Positions 49,884 through 59,338 of a stretch of DNA of 64,000 nt are shown here, one piece after another. The notes under the pieces are model-generated. The model was not told the origin of the DNA. It worked only from the letters and a program-made list of their open reading frames with translations, and searched no databases. The stretch is from Bdellovibrionales bacterium. Lineage in GTDB: Bacteria > Bdellovibrionota > Bdellovibrionia > Bdellovibrionales > Bdellovibrionaceae. The stretch lies in contig JADJOV010000025.1 of the NCBI GenBank assembly GCA_016713585.1, forward strand, positions 110,361-174,360, in the 5' to 3' direction. The stretch's first letter is position 1. Every line of letters begins with the position of its first letter. The translations under genes were made by a program, and so were the position numbers.

Positions 49884-50272
49884 GAACTCGACTCCTCTTT
49901 TTTAAATGAAATCAGAGTATCCCCCAATCGAACCTGTTGCCCAGGCTTAACCAAAACCTCCGCAATTTGTACAACCCGATCTGCCTTTAGGGTGTATTCC
50001 ATTTTCATGGCTTCCATAATAACCAAGACCTGTCCGGTTTCGACGAGTGAGCCGGATTGAACCATGACCTTTATTATTTTTCCTGGCATTGGCGCTGAAA
50101 TCAAATCTCGGTTGCCAGAAGATCTGGTTCCCTGAGCCTTTCCCCTTCGTGGAGTGGTGCTTTCTTTCTCTACACACCAAGTCTTACCCTGAAAATGAAT
50201 CCAGAGGTGACCCTTAATAAGCTCGGCCTCGACTTCGTGAAACTGACCTTGAAATTCAAACGGTACTTTCAT
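49880..50272 (-). CDS. biotin carboxyl carrier (biotinyl/lipoyl) part of methylcrotonyl-CoA carboxylase alpha
   Basis: It has the biotinylation motif EAMKME. A GGAGAGGAG sequence lies 5 nt upstream of the ATG. The preceding in-frame codon is TAA. Confidence 0.75.
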   Translation of the reverse strand: MKVPFEFQGQFHEVEAELIKGHLWIHFQGKTWCVEKESTTPRRGKAQGTRSSGNRDLISAPMPGKIIKVMVQSGSLVETGQVLVIMEAMKMEYTLKADRVVQIAEVLVKPGQQVRLGDTLISFKKEESSS

Positions 50273-50393
50273 TTAAACTCCTCTCCAGAATGAATTCCAC
50301 GGTGACTCTGAAATCGTCTGAGGATGTGAACCACTGCGAGACTCATTGCGTGTATTGGCGAGCGCCGCTGAGGCCTTTTTTAGAGCTTGAGTC

Positions 50394-51770
50394 TCAAGCC
50401 TCTGTGCTTTTTTCAACTTGGAGCGGCTCGTTTAAATATTTTTCAATAAACCGGGTTGTCATTCTTCCGGTCACAAACTCAGGATGGGAAAGGATCTTAA
50501 GTAGGTAAGGAATATTTGTATGCACTCCAAATATAATTGTGTCCTTTAAGACGCGAATCATCTTTTGGATTGCTCGGGGTCGAGTCTCATCCCAAACGAT
50601 CACCTTGGCAATCATAGGATCATAAAAGGAAGTAATCGTGTCTCCCTTTTCAAATCCATACTCAAAACGACGACCAGGGCCCTCGGGAAAGCGAACCTCA
50701 CCCAAAAGTCCTGGGCTTGGAATACCTCCTAAAAAGGGATTCTCCGCATAGAGTCGACACTCAATTGCAGCACCCTGCGGAACACGATGCTGCTGCGGAG
50801 AGATCACAAAGTCCCCCTGCGCAGTTAAGATTTGTGCCTTCACTAGGTCTATGCCCAAAACCATTTCCGTCACTGGATGCTCAACCTGGAGTCGGGTATT
50901 CACTTCCAACAAATAGAATTTCTCATCCTGCAATAGAAACTCGACTGTCCCTGCACTCTGATATTGACCGAGCTGGGCAATAGCCACTGCGGCCTCTCCC
51001 ATTTTTGTGCGGAGCTCATCGGTCAAAGATGGAGAAATGGCTTCTTCGATAATCTTTTGATGACGCCTCTGAATTGAACACTCTCGATCATGATAATGAA
51101 CAACCTGCCCAGTCGAATCACCAAAAATTTGAAATTCAATATGTTTTGCTCTGTCTAAATATTTTTCCAGAAAGACCTGAGACGATCCAAAAGCTGCCTG
51201 CGATTCCCTCTGGGCGGACTCCAACATCTCAGGAGCCTCTTCTCGAGATCTAATGAGCTTCATCCCACGCCCACCACCACCTGCGGCTGCCTTTGCAATG
51301 ACAGGAAAGCCGATTTTTTCAGCTTGGTCACAGAGAAAAGCGATATCTTGGTTTTTTCCATCATAGCCAGGCACAAGCGGAAGCTGTGCCTGGAGAGCTA
51401 GTTCCTTGCATCGAACTTTGTCTCCTAAAGTTCGAATCGACTTGGCCGAAGGACCCACGAACAACAAATTCGCCGCCGTGCAGGCCTCCGCAAAGTCTGC
51501 ATTCTCAGAAAGAAAACCGAACCCTGGATGAATAGCATCAGCACCACCTGCCAGCGCCCCTTGAATTGTCGCTTCAATATTTAAATAACTTTGTGCAATT
51601 GGTGAAGGGCCAATGCATATATGCTTAGTGCACATGCGATAAGCTCGGCTCTCTTTATCCGCTTCCGAGTGAAGCAAAACAGTCTCTATACCGAGCTCTT
51701 CACAGGCCCGATGAATCCGCACCGCCACCTCGCCACGATTGGCGATAGCTAACCGTTTAATCTTTTTCAT
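50394..51770 (-). CDS. biotin carboxylase part of methylcrotonyl-CoA carboxylase alpha
   Basis: An ATP-grasp biotin carboxylase (IANRGEVAVRI, GGGGRGM, EVNTRLQVEHPVTE). The ATG at 51770 overlaps the hydratase stop (ATGA). The 3' end probably continues to 50273 after a frameshift in the A6 run at 50407-50412. Confidence 0.85.
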   Translation of the reverse strand: MKKIKRLAIANRGEVAVRIHRACEELGIETVLLHSEADKESRAYRMCTKHICIGPSPIAQSYLNIEATIQGALAGGADAIHPGFGFLSENADFAEACTAANLLFVGPSAKSIRTLGDKVRCKELALQAQLPLVPGYDGKNQDIAFLCDQAEKIGFPVIAKAAAGGGGRGMKLIRSREEAPEMLESAQRESQAAFGSSQVFLEKYLDRAKHIEFQIFGDSTGQVVHYHDRECSIQRRHQKIIEEAISPSLTDELRTKMGEAAVAIAQLGQYQSAGTVEFLLQDEKFYLLEVNTRLQVEHPVTEMVLGIDLVKAQILTAQGDFVISPQQHRVPQGAAIECRLYAENPFLGGIPSPGLLGEVRFPEGPGRRFEYGFEKGDTITSFYDPMIAKVIVWDETRPRAIQKMIRVLKDTIIFGVHTNIPYLLKILSHPEFVTGRMTTRFIEKYLNEPLQVEKSTEA

Positions 51771-52600
51771 TTTAAGCTCCAACTTGGACGACGCCGTTCA
51801 AAAAAAGCCGAAAGCCCCTCTTGCCCTTCGTTGCTGACTCTTCTCTCTGAAATAACTTGAATTGTGAAATCCTTAATCTTCTCCTCTGAATCCACAGGAA
51901 TAGACAAATTTGAAATACCTCGGAGAAGTTTTTTTGTTGCTCTCACAGCTTCTGGGCCAGCCTCTAAACACGCTTTTGCATGAGCAAGAGTGGAGGCCGC
52001 CAAAGCAACTTCACTTTCAACAACTTCGTTGACCAATCCTAGACTATGGGCTTGGGCAGCACTCATCACTGCGCCGTTTAGCATCCAAGGGCCAATCTGA
52101 GCTAACGAACATTTTTTAGCAATAAACGAGCTGATGACCGCCGGAGCCAACCCCAGCTTAACCTCACTGAAACAAAACTGAGTGTTTTTCTCTGCGATCA
52201 CCATGTCACAGGCTGCAAGTAGACCAAGAGCACCCCCAAAAGCCGCCCCATGAACTTGTCCAATAACTGGAATTGGGCAATCATAAATAGTTTTGAACAT
52301 TTGATAAAGTTCACCAGCATCCTCTTGATTCTGTTCATAGGTGAACTTGATCATGGACTTCATCCACTGCAAATCAGCCCCAGCACAAAAAACACTTCCT
52401 GATCCGTTGAGGATTACGACTCTGATTTCAGGCTTGATCGAAATATCCGCAAAAGCTCGAATCAACTCCCTGATCATTGGAGGATGAAAACTATTCTTCA
52501 CCTGGGGACGATGAAGCTGAATTGTCGCTATTGAGTTCTGAAACGAAACGATTATTTCCACACGGATCTCCCCCCCGCAAAAACAAACTAACTTCATCAA
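51767..52600 (-). CDS. enoyl-CoA hydratase/methylglutaconyl-CoA hydratase
   Basis: Crotonase-fold motifs FCAGADL and GAAFGGALGL are present. It lies between the MCC beta and alpha genes. Confidence 0.8.
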   Translation of the reverse strand: MMKLVCFCGGEIRVEIIVSFQNSIATIQLHRPQVKNSFHPPMIRELIRAFADISIKPEIRVVILNGSGSVFCAGADLQWMKSMIKFTYEQNQEDAGELYQMFKTIYDCPIPVIGQVHGAAFGGALGLLAACDMVIAEKNTQFCFSEVKLGLAPAVISSFIAKKCSLAQIGPWMLNGAVMSAAQAHSLGLVNEVVESEVALAASTLAHAKACLEAGPEAVRATKKLLRGISNLSIPVDSEEKIKDFTIQVISERRVSNEGQEGLSAFFERRRPSWSLK

Positions 52601-52601
52601 G

Positions 52602-54208
52602 TTACATTCTAAAGACGCCCTGGTTTTTCTCGCCCCAACTTCGGTTCAAACTTGCACTAATTCCCAAAGCTAAAACCCTGCGCGTGTCTTTTGGGTCGAT
52701 GATTCCATCATCCCACAATCGCGCCGTCGAATAATAGGCTGAGGATTCTGTCTCGTATTTTGCGAGAGTTGGACGTTTGAACTCAAGCTGTTCTTCTGCC
52801 GTCATTTGACGACCAGCCACCGCAATTTGTTCAAGCTTGACCGTCAAAAGAACGTTAGCGGCTTGTTCCCCGCCCATCACTGAAATACGAGCATTGGGCC
52901 ACATCCATAGCTGCCGCGGCTGAAAAGCTCTGCCGCACATTCCATAATTCCCAGCCCCGTAAGACCCACCAATGACGACTGTAAACTTAGGTACGTGCGC
53001 ATTGCTAACGGCCATCACCATTTTGGCTCCGTGTTTAGCAATTCCCTCGTTTTCGTATTTCTGACCCACCATGAATCCCGTAATATTTTGCAAAAAAACA
53101 ATTGGAATATTTCTCTGTTCACAAAGCTCGATAAAATGGGCCGCTTTCATGGCGCTCTCACTAAACAAAACACCATTATTTGCTAAAATTCCAACTGGAA
53201 AACCCCAAATATGAGCAAATCCAGTCACAAGAGTCGGACCATAGAGACGCTTGAATTCATGAAAACGACTTCCATCAACTACCCTGGCAATAATTTCACG
53301 CACATCAAATGGCTGCCTCGTGTCTGCCGGAATGACTCCGTAAATTTCTTCGGCTGGGAATAGAGGTTCTTCAATGGGTTGGGTTTTTAGCTTAACAACA
53401 ACTTGTTTATTAAGATGAGCCACAATTGATCTCGTAATTTCAAGTGCATGATCTTCGTCTTCCGCGTAATGATCCGTCACTCCACTCTTTTCGCAATGAA
53501 CCGTGGCGCCGCCAAGATCCTGAGCCGTCACTTCTTCACCTGTCGCAGCCTTGACCAACGGAGGACCCCTAAAAAAATGGTTCCGTTGTTTTGTACGATC
53601 ACATTTTCATCACTCATGGCTGGGACATAGGCTCCGCCTGCTGTGCAGGAACCCAAAACAACTGCAATTTGTGAAATTCCGGCTGCAGACATTCGGGCCT
53701 GGTTATAGAAGATTCTTCCAAAATGATCTCTGTCAGGAAACACCTCTGCTTGGAGGGGAAGAAAAGCTCCCCCACTATCAACCAAATAAATACAGGGTAA
53801 CCCGTTTTCTAGGGCCACCTCTTGGGCTCGCAAATGTTTCTTTACTGTCATTGGGAAGTAGGTTCCACCTTTGACTGTCGCATCGTTAGCCACAATCACA
53901 CATTCCGTTTGATGAATGATTCCGATTCCAGTGACAATGCCAGCCCCTGGGGCCTGTCCTTCATACATTTCATGGGCTGCGAGGGTGGAGAACTCTAGAA
54001 ATGCTGACCCGGGATCGACTAGTTTATCAATTCTCTCTCTGGCCGTCAGCTTCCCTCGCGACTTATGTCTAGCAATGGCATCAGCTCCCCCGCCGAGCTT
54101 AACTTGGGTGACGGTATTTCTCCATTTCTGGATGAAGGACTCCATAGACTTGGTATTTTCAATGTAATCGGCGCTTGATACTTGAATGTGAGAATCGAGA
54201 ATTTCCAA
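52602..54208 (-). pseudogene. methylcrotonyl-CoA carboxylase beta (carboxyltransferase) subunit, frameshifted
   Basis: The pieces are ORFs 53528-54208 and 52602-53558. The join [19 protein letters not shown] is restored by adding one G to the GGGG run (plus-strand CCCC at 53566-53569). Confidence 0.85.
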
Positions 54209-54211
54209 AAA

Positions 54212-54892
54212 TTATTTCTCCGACTTAGATTTGGGATGATCTTGGTTAGATTTTTTTTGACTCAACGTGAGGGTTTTTTGAACCAGAATTTTGATTTCAA
54301 TCTCGGCATTCAAGCGATCTTGAGCACCATAAATTTGAAATTTCATTTCGACTGCTTGTCGCGGATTCTCACGAAGTTGACTCAAAATAAACTCACGATA
54401 ACCGCTAGGAATTTCTGCTCGAAGCCTTGCATCTTCATTCATGACCTGATGGATTTTTGACGACTCACTCAGAAGTTGAATTTCAATCGGACCTTCCAGA
54501 TGTCTCTGCCAAAAAATCTGGGCGGCTTCGATAGCCGCAGGCAATAAAGTTGCCTCATGGAGATGACCTTGATCATTTCTATTCCGAAATTTCCAGGGAA
54601 TGACGATTTCGATCTGAGAGTCACTTATACGGGTGACGCGAAAGCCCATTCCCGCAGAAAATGGCCTCAAAAAGTTGAGCATAAACCCTAAGGCTGCTTT
54701 TGATCCATTCGGCGAGACTTCTTCGATGAAGGCCGCAAAATCAACCATCGTAAACTGCAAGCCCCTATCTTTGAGCTCCATTTCAAGCTCTTTTTTGAGG
54801 CCAAATAGTTGGCTCTTGAAACCGCCATTAATTTTTTTTAACGATCGATCCAGTGTCTTTTGGATTAGAGTTGTCATTCTATCTACAATCAT
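54212..54892 (-). CDS. hypothetical protein, possibly hotdog-fold (thioesterase-like)
   Basis: 226-aa ORF 3 nt upstream of the liu genes. The segment GMGFRVTRISDSQIEIVIPW is vaguely PaaI/DUF4442-like. This is a weak call. Confidence 0.4.
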   Translation of the reverse strand: MIVDRMTTLIQKTLDRSLKKINGGFKSQLFGLKKELEMELKDRGLQFTMVDFAAFIEEVSPNGSKAALGFMLNFLRPFSAGMGFRVTRISDSQIEIVIPWKFRNRNDQGHLHEATLLPAAIEAAQIFWQRHLEGPIEIQLLSESSKIHQVMNEDARLRAEIPSGYREFILSQLRENPRQAVEMKFQIYGAQDRLNAEIEIKILVQKTLTLSQKKSNQDHPKSKSEK

Positions 54893-54928
54893 GAGATAAG
54901 TCGTATCATAATATCAAGGTGGGAAGCC

Positions 54929-55432
54929 ATGAAGAAAATCTTGAGTTTGATAGTGTTTTTTACTCTGCTCGTTTGGACTTGGAATGTTATCCATACTACA
55001 CCTGCTGTTGGGTTCGAGACGCACACAGCCATCCAAGAGAAAATTCTTGAGATGCTCACCTCAACGCTGCAGGCTAAACGGCCTCAGGCCCAACAAATTG
55101 AAGTCGTGCGCCTTTGGACCGAAAGCCTCGATGACAATAAAATTCGTGCAGTTTTTAGCTATAAGTTTCAAGATAAAATAGGTGACCTTGCGCCCACGTC
55201 AGCACCTACATCCACTCCTGCACCAGCAACACCACCAGCACCAGATCAGACGCCAAGTCAGGGAGACGAGCAGATGACTGAGCAGACAATCGATGGTGAG
55301 GCAATACTACAAAGACTGGCTTCAGACGATCCTTCCTTAGATAACTGGAAATTGCTTGAGGTGAAAACAACAGGCGACACAGTGATTTTCCGAGACGGTT
55401 CCACCATAACTCCAGATGAACAAGCTCAATAA
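54929..55432 (+). CDS. hypothetical secreted/membrane-anchored protein with a Pro/Thr/Ala linker
   Basis: N-terminal hydrophobic helix and a low-complexity stretch APTSAPTSTPAPATPPAPDQTPS. Confidence 0.5.
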   Translation: MKKILSLIVFFTLLVWTWNVIHTTPAVGFETHTAIQEKILEMLTSTLQAKRPQAQQIEVVRLWTESLDDNKIRAVFSYKFQDKIGDLAPTSAPTSTPAPATPPAPDQTPSQGDEQMTEQTIDGEAILQRLASDDPSLDNWKLLEVKTTGDTVIFRDGSTITPDEQAQ

Positions 55433-55449
55433 GGGGTTCCTGCAAATCG

Positions 55450-56470
55450 ATGAAGATGGGTTTCTCTGCTCTGGCGAAAAAGAGAATCACCACCCGAGAG
55501 ACTGGGGCCTCAGCATTAAAAGCTCTGAGAATTTCTGACGAGCGAACATTGAAAACAGATTATATACGAAGAGGCACCAAAAGTGAAGTCATCATCGAGG
55601 CCTTTGATGAGCCCTATGTAGCGGCTCAGGTCGCCTATGAAGATTCAAGCTGGTGGATCTTTCTTCCTTATGACGTGAAATTCAGATTTGATTTTCACTC
55701 TCTCAGTATTGATGAGTGGGATCGTTTTCATGGCTATGCAGAGAATGGAATTCCCTTTGTTTTGACAAAGAAAGCTCAAGCTGAATTTTTTAAATTACTC
55801 GAAGCTTTTGATGATGAATCAATCACCTGGCATGGAGAGAAAGTATCAACTCCACCTTATTGGCCTAACCATACCGTAGTTAAAGACGAGAAGTATTGGG
55901 ATGATATTTACAAAACTGAAACCAAACCGGGATGGGATTTAAATGATGCTGCCGAAGCTCTCAAGGATATGCTCCCGCGTTTGAAAATGCCAAGATGTCG
56001 AGTCTTGGTTCTTGGATGTGGCGAGGGGCATGATGCGGCCTTTTTTTGCTCAAAATGGACATATTGTAACAGGTGTAGATATTTCACCTGAAGCTATCAC
56101 AAGAGCTCAGGATCGATACGCTCCATATGGAAATTTGAAGTTTATTAAAGCTGATATATTTAACCTTCCGAAAGCTTGGACTCATAGTTTTGATTTAATC
56201 TTCGAACACACCTGCTACTGCGCCATCAATCCCGCCGATCGACGCCAATTAGTTAAGATTTGGACTCAATTACTATCACCCCGGGGACAGATTATGGGGA
56301 TCTTCTTTACAATGGAGAAGCGCGCGGGCCCACCCTTTGGTGGAACTGAATGGGAACTTAGAAAACGCTTACAGAATAAGTTTTCCTTTTTGTTCTGGGG
56401 AAGATGGCAAGCCTCCCTTCCCCGAAGACAGGGCCGCGAGCTTTTTGTCTTAGCTCAAAAGAAGGACTAG
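55450..56470 (+). pseudogene. unknown N-terminal domain fused to a TPMT-like SAM-dependent methyltransferase, frameshifted
   Basis: The pieces are ORFs 55450-56091 and 56012-56470. The join VLVLGCGEGHDAAFF/AQNGHIVTGVDIS is restored by removing one T from the T7 run at 56041-56047. The C-terminal FDLIFEHTCYCAINP is TPMT-like. Confidence 0.65.
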
Positions 56471-56476
56471 CACCAT

Positions 56477-56524
56477 AGCGTCAGAATCCAGATAGCAATA
56501 TATTGCTATCTGGATTCTGACGCT
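56477..56524. repeat. 48-nt perfect palindrome
   Basis: AGCGTCAGAATCCAGATAGCAATA | TATTGCTATCTGGATTCTGACGCT, between the convergent methyltransferase gene and rnpB. Confidence 0.9.
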
Positions 56525-56575
56525 GCGGGAGCTAACAATTGCATAGTGCGTTGTTATGGACGGGTGCGCTCGAAC

Positions 56576-56612
56576 AAAAAAAAGGGGTGAGAGTTTTTGA
56601 AACTCCCACCCC
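56576..56612 (-). terminator. rho-independent terminator of rnpB
   Basis: The minus strand reads GGGGTGGGAG-TTTCAAAAA-CTCTCACCCC (one G-U pair) followed by TTTTTTTT. Confidence 0.75.
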
Positions 56613-56624
56613 AAACTCGGGAAA

Positions 56625-57014
56625 CACAGGTTTTGCTATAAGCCGGATTCTGTCCAAATCACTCGGTCCCCGAAGACTTCCTAGTGATTATGGGCAATCA
56701 TTTCTCTGGGAGTCCTGTTACCAGGACCCTCAAGCGATCTGACCCGGGGGCATGTTCGGGCGCGAACTTAAAGCCCCCCTATTTGATCTTGCTTCACGCA
56801 GAGTTTAGCTGTTTTCACTCCAGCGACTCCCTTAGAGGCTCCCGTTCCCGCCCCCAAGATCACTGTCCTGGACATTCTCTCTGTTCCACTGTTCCTCACC
56901 TGCCGATGGAGGGGCGTTACCCCTTGCGCCGCCCTATGAAGTCCGGACTTTCCTCTGCGACAAAATCTTAAGAAACAAATCCAAAATTTTGCCACAGCGA
57001 TCACCCACAAAACC
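56625..57014 (-). ncRNA. rnpB: RNase P RNA, bacterial type A
   Basis: The minus strand contains the universally conserved GAGGAAAGTCCGG (56941-56955 region) and ACAGAATCCGGCTTAT (56635-56652 region). P1 can form between GGTTTTGT (5', ~57007-57014) and GCAAAACC (3', ~56629-56636). A P3-like hairpin GGCAAAAT/ATTTTGTC is present. The ends are approximate. Confidence 0.85.
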
Positions 57015-57020
57015 GGCCGA

Positions 57021-57049
57021 ACCATAACACAGTTAGGCAAATATCACAA
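57021..57049 (-). promoter_or_regulatory. candidate sigma-70 promoter of rnpB
   Basis: The minus strand has TTGTGA (57049-57044), a 17-nt spacer and TATGGT (57026-57021), about 7 nt upstream of the proposed P1 5' end. Confidence 0.4.
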
Positions 57050-57102
57050 GTTGCTGCACTCTTGATGAATTTTCGACTATTTTCGGAGCTTCATTTGAAA
57101 GG

Positions 57103-57591
57103 GTGTTTATGAAATTATTTTTTGGACTTCTTGTTTTTGTAGGTGGTCTTTTCTTTTCTATTTTCTATTCTATGGAGTCTTTAGCTAGCTCACCGGAAGG
57201 GACCCACAAAACGACGACTGCTGGCGGTCATGGACGGGACAATACTTCGCTGTTTCCACCAAAAAAACCGAATAAATCTCTATCAACTCAACCGGCAATC
57301 TCAGTTCTCTTAGAACCCGCGACCATGTCGAAAGTGGGCGGGAGCAGCGTGGTTCTGAAATGGCAAGCCGTCGCCGGAGCTGATTCCTATCACCTTCAAG
57401 TGGCTACTGACGCTAATTTCAAATGGCTTAAGGCTGATGAAAATCTATATAAAAATACCAGCTACGAGCTCAAAAACCTTGAGGCCGGAAAACATTATTA
57501 CTGGCGTGTCGCATCGATTAACTCTGGCAACATTCCTAGCACGATTAAGAGTGATTTTGTAAAATCTATGTTCGAGGCCACTTCCAACTAG
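57103..57591 (+). CDS. secreted protein with a fibronectin-III-like domain
   Basis: It has an N-terminal TM/signal segment. VVLKWQAVAGADSYHLQVATDANF...GKHYYWRV resembles FN3-type repeats. Confidence 0.5.
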   Translation: MFMKLFFGLLVFVGGLFFSIFYSMESLASSPEGTHKTTTAGGHGRDNTSLFPPKKPNKSLSTQPAISVLLEPATMSKVGGSSVVLKWQAVAGADSYHLQVATDANFKWLKADENLYKNTSYELKNLEAGKHYYWRVASINSGNIPSTIKSDFVKSMFEATSN

Positions 57592-57716
57592 TTTCGATGG
57601 GCCTTCAACTGAGATTGAAGGCTTGAATTGAGTTTTGCTTTGGCCGTGATTCAGTTCTTGCAGGGAAGAGAAATCCAAGCCCAACCACCTATTCACTCGC
57701 GAAAAGAGGCCCGGTC

Positions 57717-59282
57717 ATGGATTTTGAATTTCAACTGAAAAAATCCTTCGGGCTGACCTCGTTCCGCCAAGGGCAGCGTGAAATTATCTCAGCCATTTTA
57801 TCTGGCCAAGATGTCCTTGCCGTCCTGCCGACCGGGGGTGGGAAGTCGCTTTGTTACCAATTTCCTGCAGTTTTCACTAATCAGCTCGTGATTGTGATTT
57901 CTCCGCTAATCGCACTCATGAAGGACCAAGTAGCTTCCTTGGTTCGCCAGGGCCTGCGAGCAGGGTGCCTTCACTCTGGGCAAAGTGAGGCAGAGAAGAG
58001 ACACGTGTTTTCAGCAATCAATGAGGGTGGATCATTTGTGCTCTACCTTTCGCCTGAGCGAGCCCAAAAGGAGGGCTTTCGAAATTGGCTCATGGGTCGA
58101 AAGTTGGCACTCTTTGCGATTGATGAGGCCCACTGTGTTTCTCAATGGGGCCACGACTTCCGAGAGGAATACGCGGAGCTTAAATCTTTAAAAATGTTAC
58201 GTCCGGATATTCCGATTCTCGCGTTAACTGCCTCGGCAACCCCGACAGTGCTAAAGGATGTTGCAAAGCAACTGAACCTTAATAAGCCAGAAAAAATGGT
58301 TTATGGTTTTTATCGACCAAATCTCTTCTATCAAGTGGAAACTTGTGCAGACGAAGAGTCTAAGCTCCCTCTTATTCTTCAGGGTTTGCGACAAAATCCA
58401 AAGGGAAGAATTCTCATCTATTGTGGAACTCGGAGGTCGACTGAAGAGTTGGCTGGCTATCTTAAACGCTCTCATCAACAGGTGGGCTACTATCATGCGG
58501 GCCTACAAACCCAGGAACGAACAGCGGTTCAGGACGCCTACATTAGTGGTGACCTTCGCATATTAGTGGCAACCAACGCCTTTGGTATGGGGATAGATCA
58601 ACCTGATGTTCGCCTTGTTATTCACTATCAGATGCCTGCCAATATCGATTGTCTCTATCAGGAAATGGGCCGCGCTGGTCGAGATGGGCAAGATTCAACC
58701 TGTCTTATGCTCTATTCTCGAAAGGATAAGGGACTTCAATCCTACTTTATTCAAAGCTCAGATGCCCCTGGAGCTGTTAAAGACCTGCGCTGGCGTAACC
58801 TTGAAGCCCTTGTGAATTATTCAGAGGGAAGCGAATGTCGGCATTCTGAGATATTAACCTATTATCGAGATAAGCAACGAATTCAGCGCTGTGGCCACTG
58901 CGACTCCTGCGATCCAACCTCTGATCGAAAAATCCAGCCCCCAAGAGGCCTTCCTTCGATGACTTCATTTTTTACGCAGTCGCAATCATCAGCTTCGGGA
59001 TCAAAAGCTTCGCCTTCCAGGGTGCGCCTCAGAAAAGCAGCTAAAGCCGGCCTTTCGCTTGATTTCGTCCAAGAACAAAGATTTCAACTCTTGCGAAAAT
59101 GGCGCAAAGACAAGGCCCTCGAGATAGATGCTCCGGTTTTTATTATCTTTAGCGACGAAACTCTGAAGCAAATTGCGGTCAAAAACCCACAGCGCCTTGA
59201 AGATCTGAAAAAGATTCATGGGATTGGTGAACTTAAGCTGGAAAAGTTCGGGTATGACATCCTCTCAGAATTGAATAAATGA
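57717..59282 (+). CDS. recQ: ATP-dependent DNA helicase RecQ
   Basis: Motifs: FRQGQREII, PTGGGKS, DEAHCVSQWGHDFR, the RecQ zinc motif (C...CGHCDSC) and a C-terminal HRDC-like domain. Confidence 0.9.
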   Translation: MDFEFQLKKSFGLTSFRQGQREIISAILSGQDVLAVLPTGGGKSLCYQFPAVFTNQLVIVISPLIALMKDQVASLVRQGLRAGCLHSGQSEAEKRHVFSAINEGGSFVLYLSPERAQKEGFRNWLMGRKLALFAIDEAHCVSQWGHDFREEYAELKSLKMLRPDIPILALTASATPTVLKDVAKQLNLNKPEKMVYGFYRPNLFYQVETCADEESKLPLILQGLRQNPKGRILIYCGTRRSTEELAGYLKRSHQQVGYYHAGLQTQERTAVQDAYISGDLRILVATNAFGMGIDQPDVRLVIHYQMPANIDCLYQEMGRAGRDGQDSTCLMLYSRKDKGLQSYFIQSSDAPGAVKDLRWRNLEALVNYSEGSECRHSEILTYYRDKQRIQRCGHCDSCDPTSDRKIQPPRGLPSMTSFFTQSQSSASGSKASPSRVRLRKAAKAGLSLDFVQEQRFQLLRKWRKDKALEIDAPVFIIFSDETLKQIAVKNPQRLEDLKKIHGIGELKLEKFGYDILSELNK

Positions 59283-59338
59283 CCATCTGAAGACTTTATG
59301 ATTTACAAGAAATCAAAAAGAGCTTAAAGACCCCCACT

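Noticed and set aside
56539-57040. ORFs 56539-56742 (+), 56684-56971 (+) and 56768-57040 (-).
   Set aside because: They coincide with the RNase P RNA gene. Their openness is explained by the GC-rich structured RNA.
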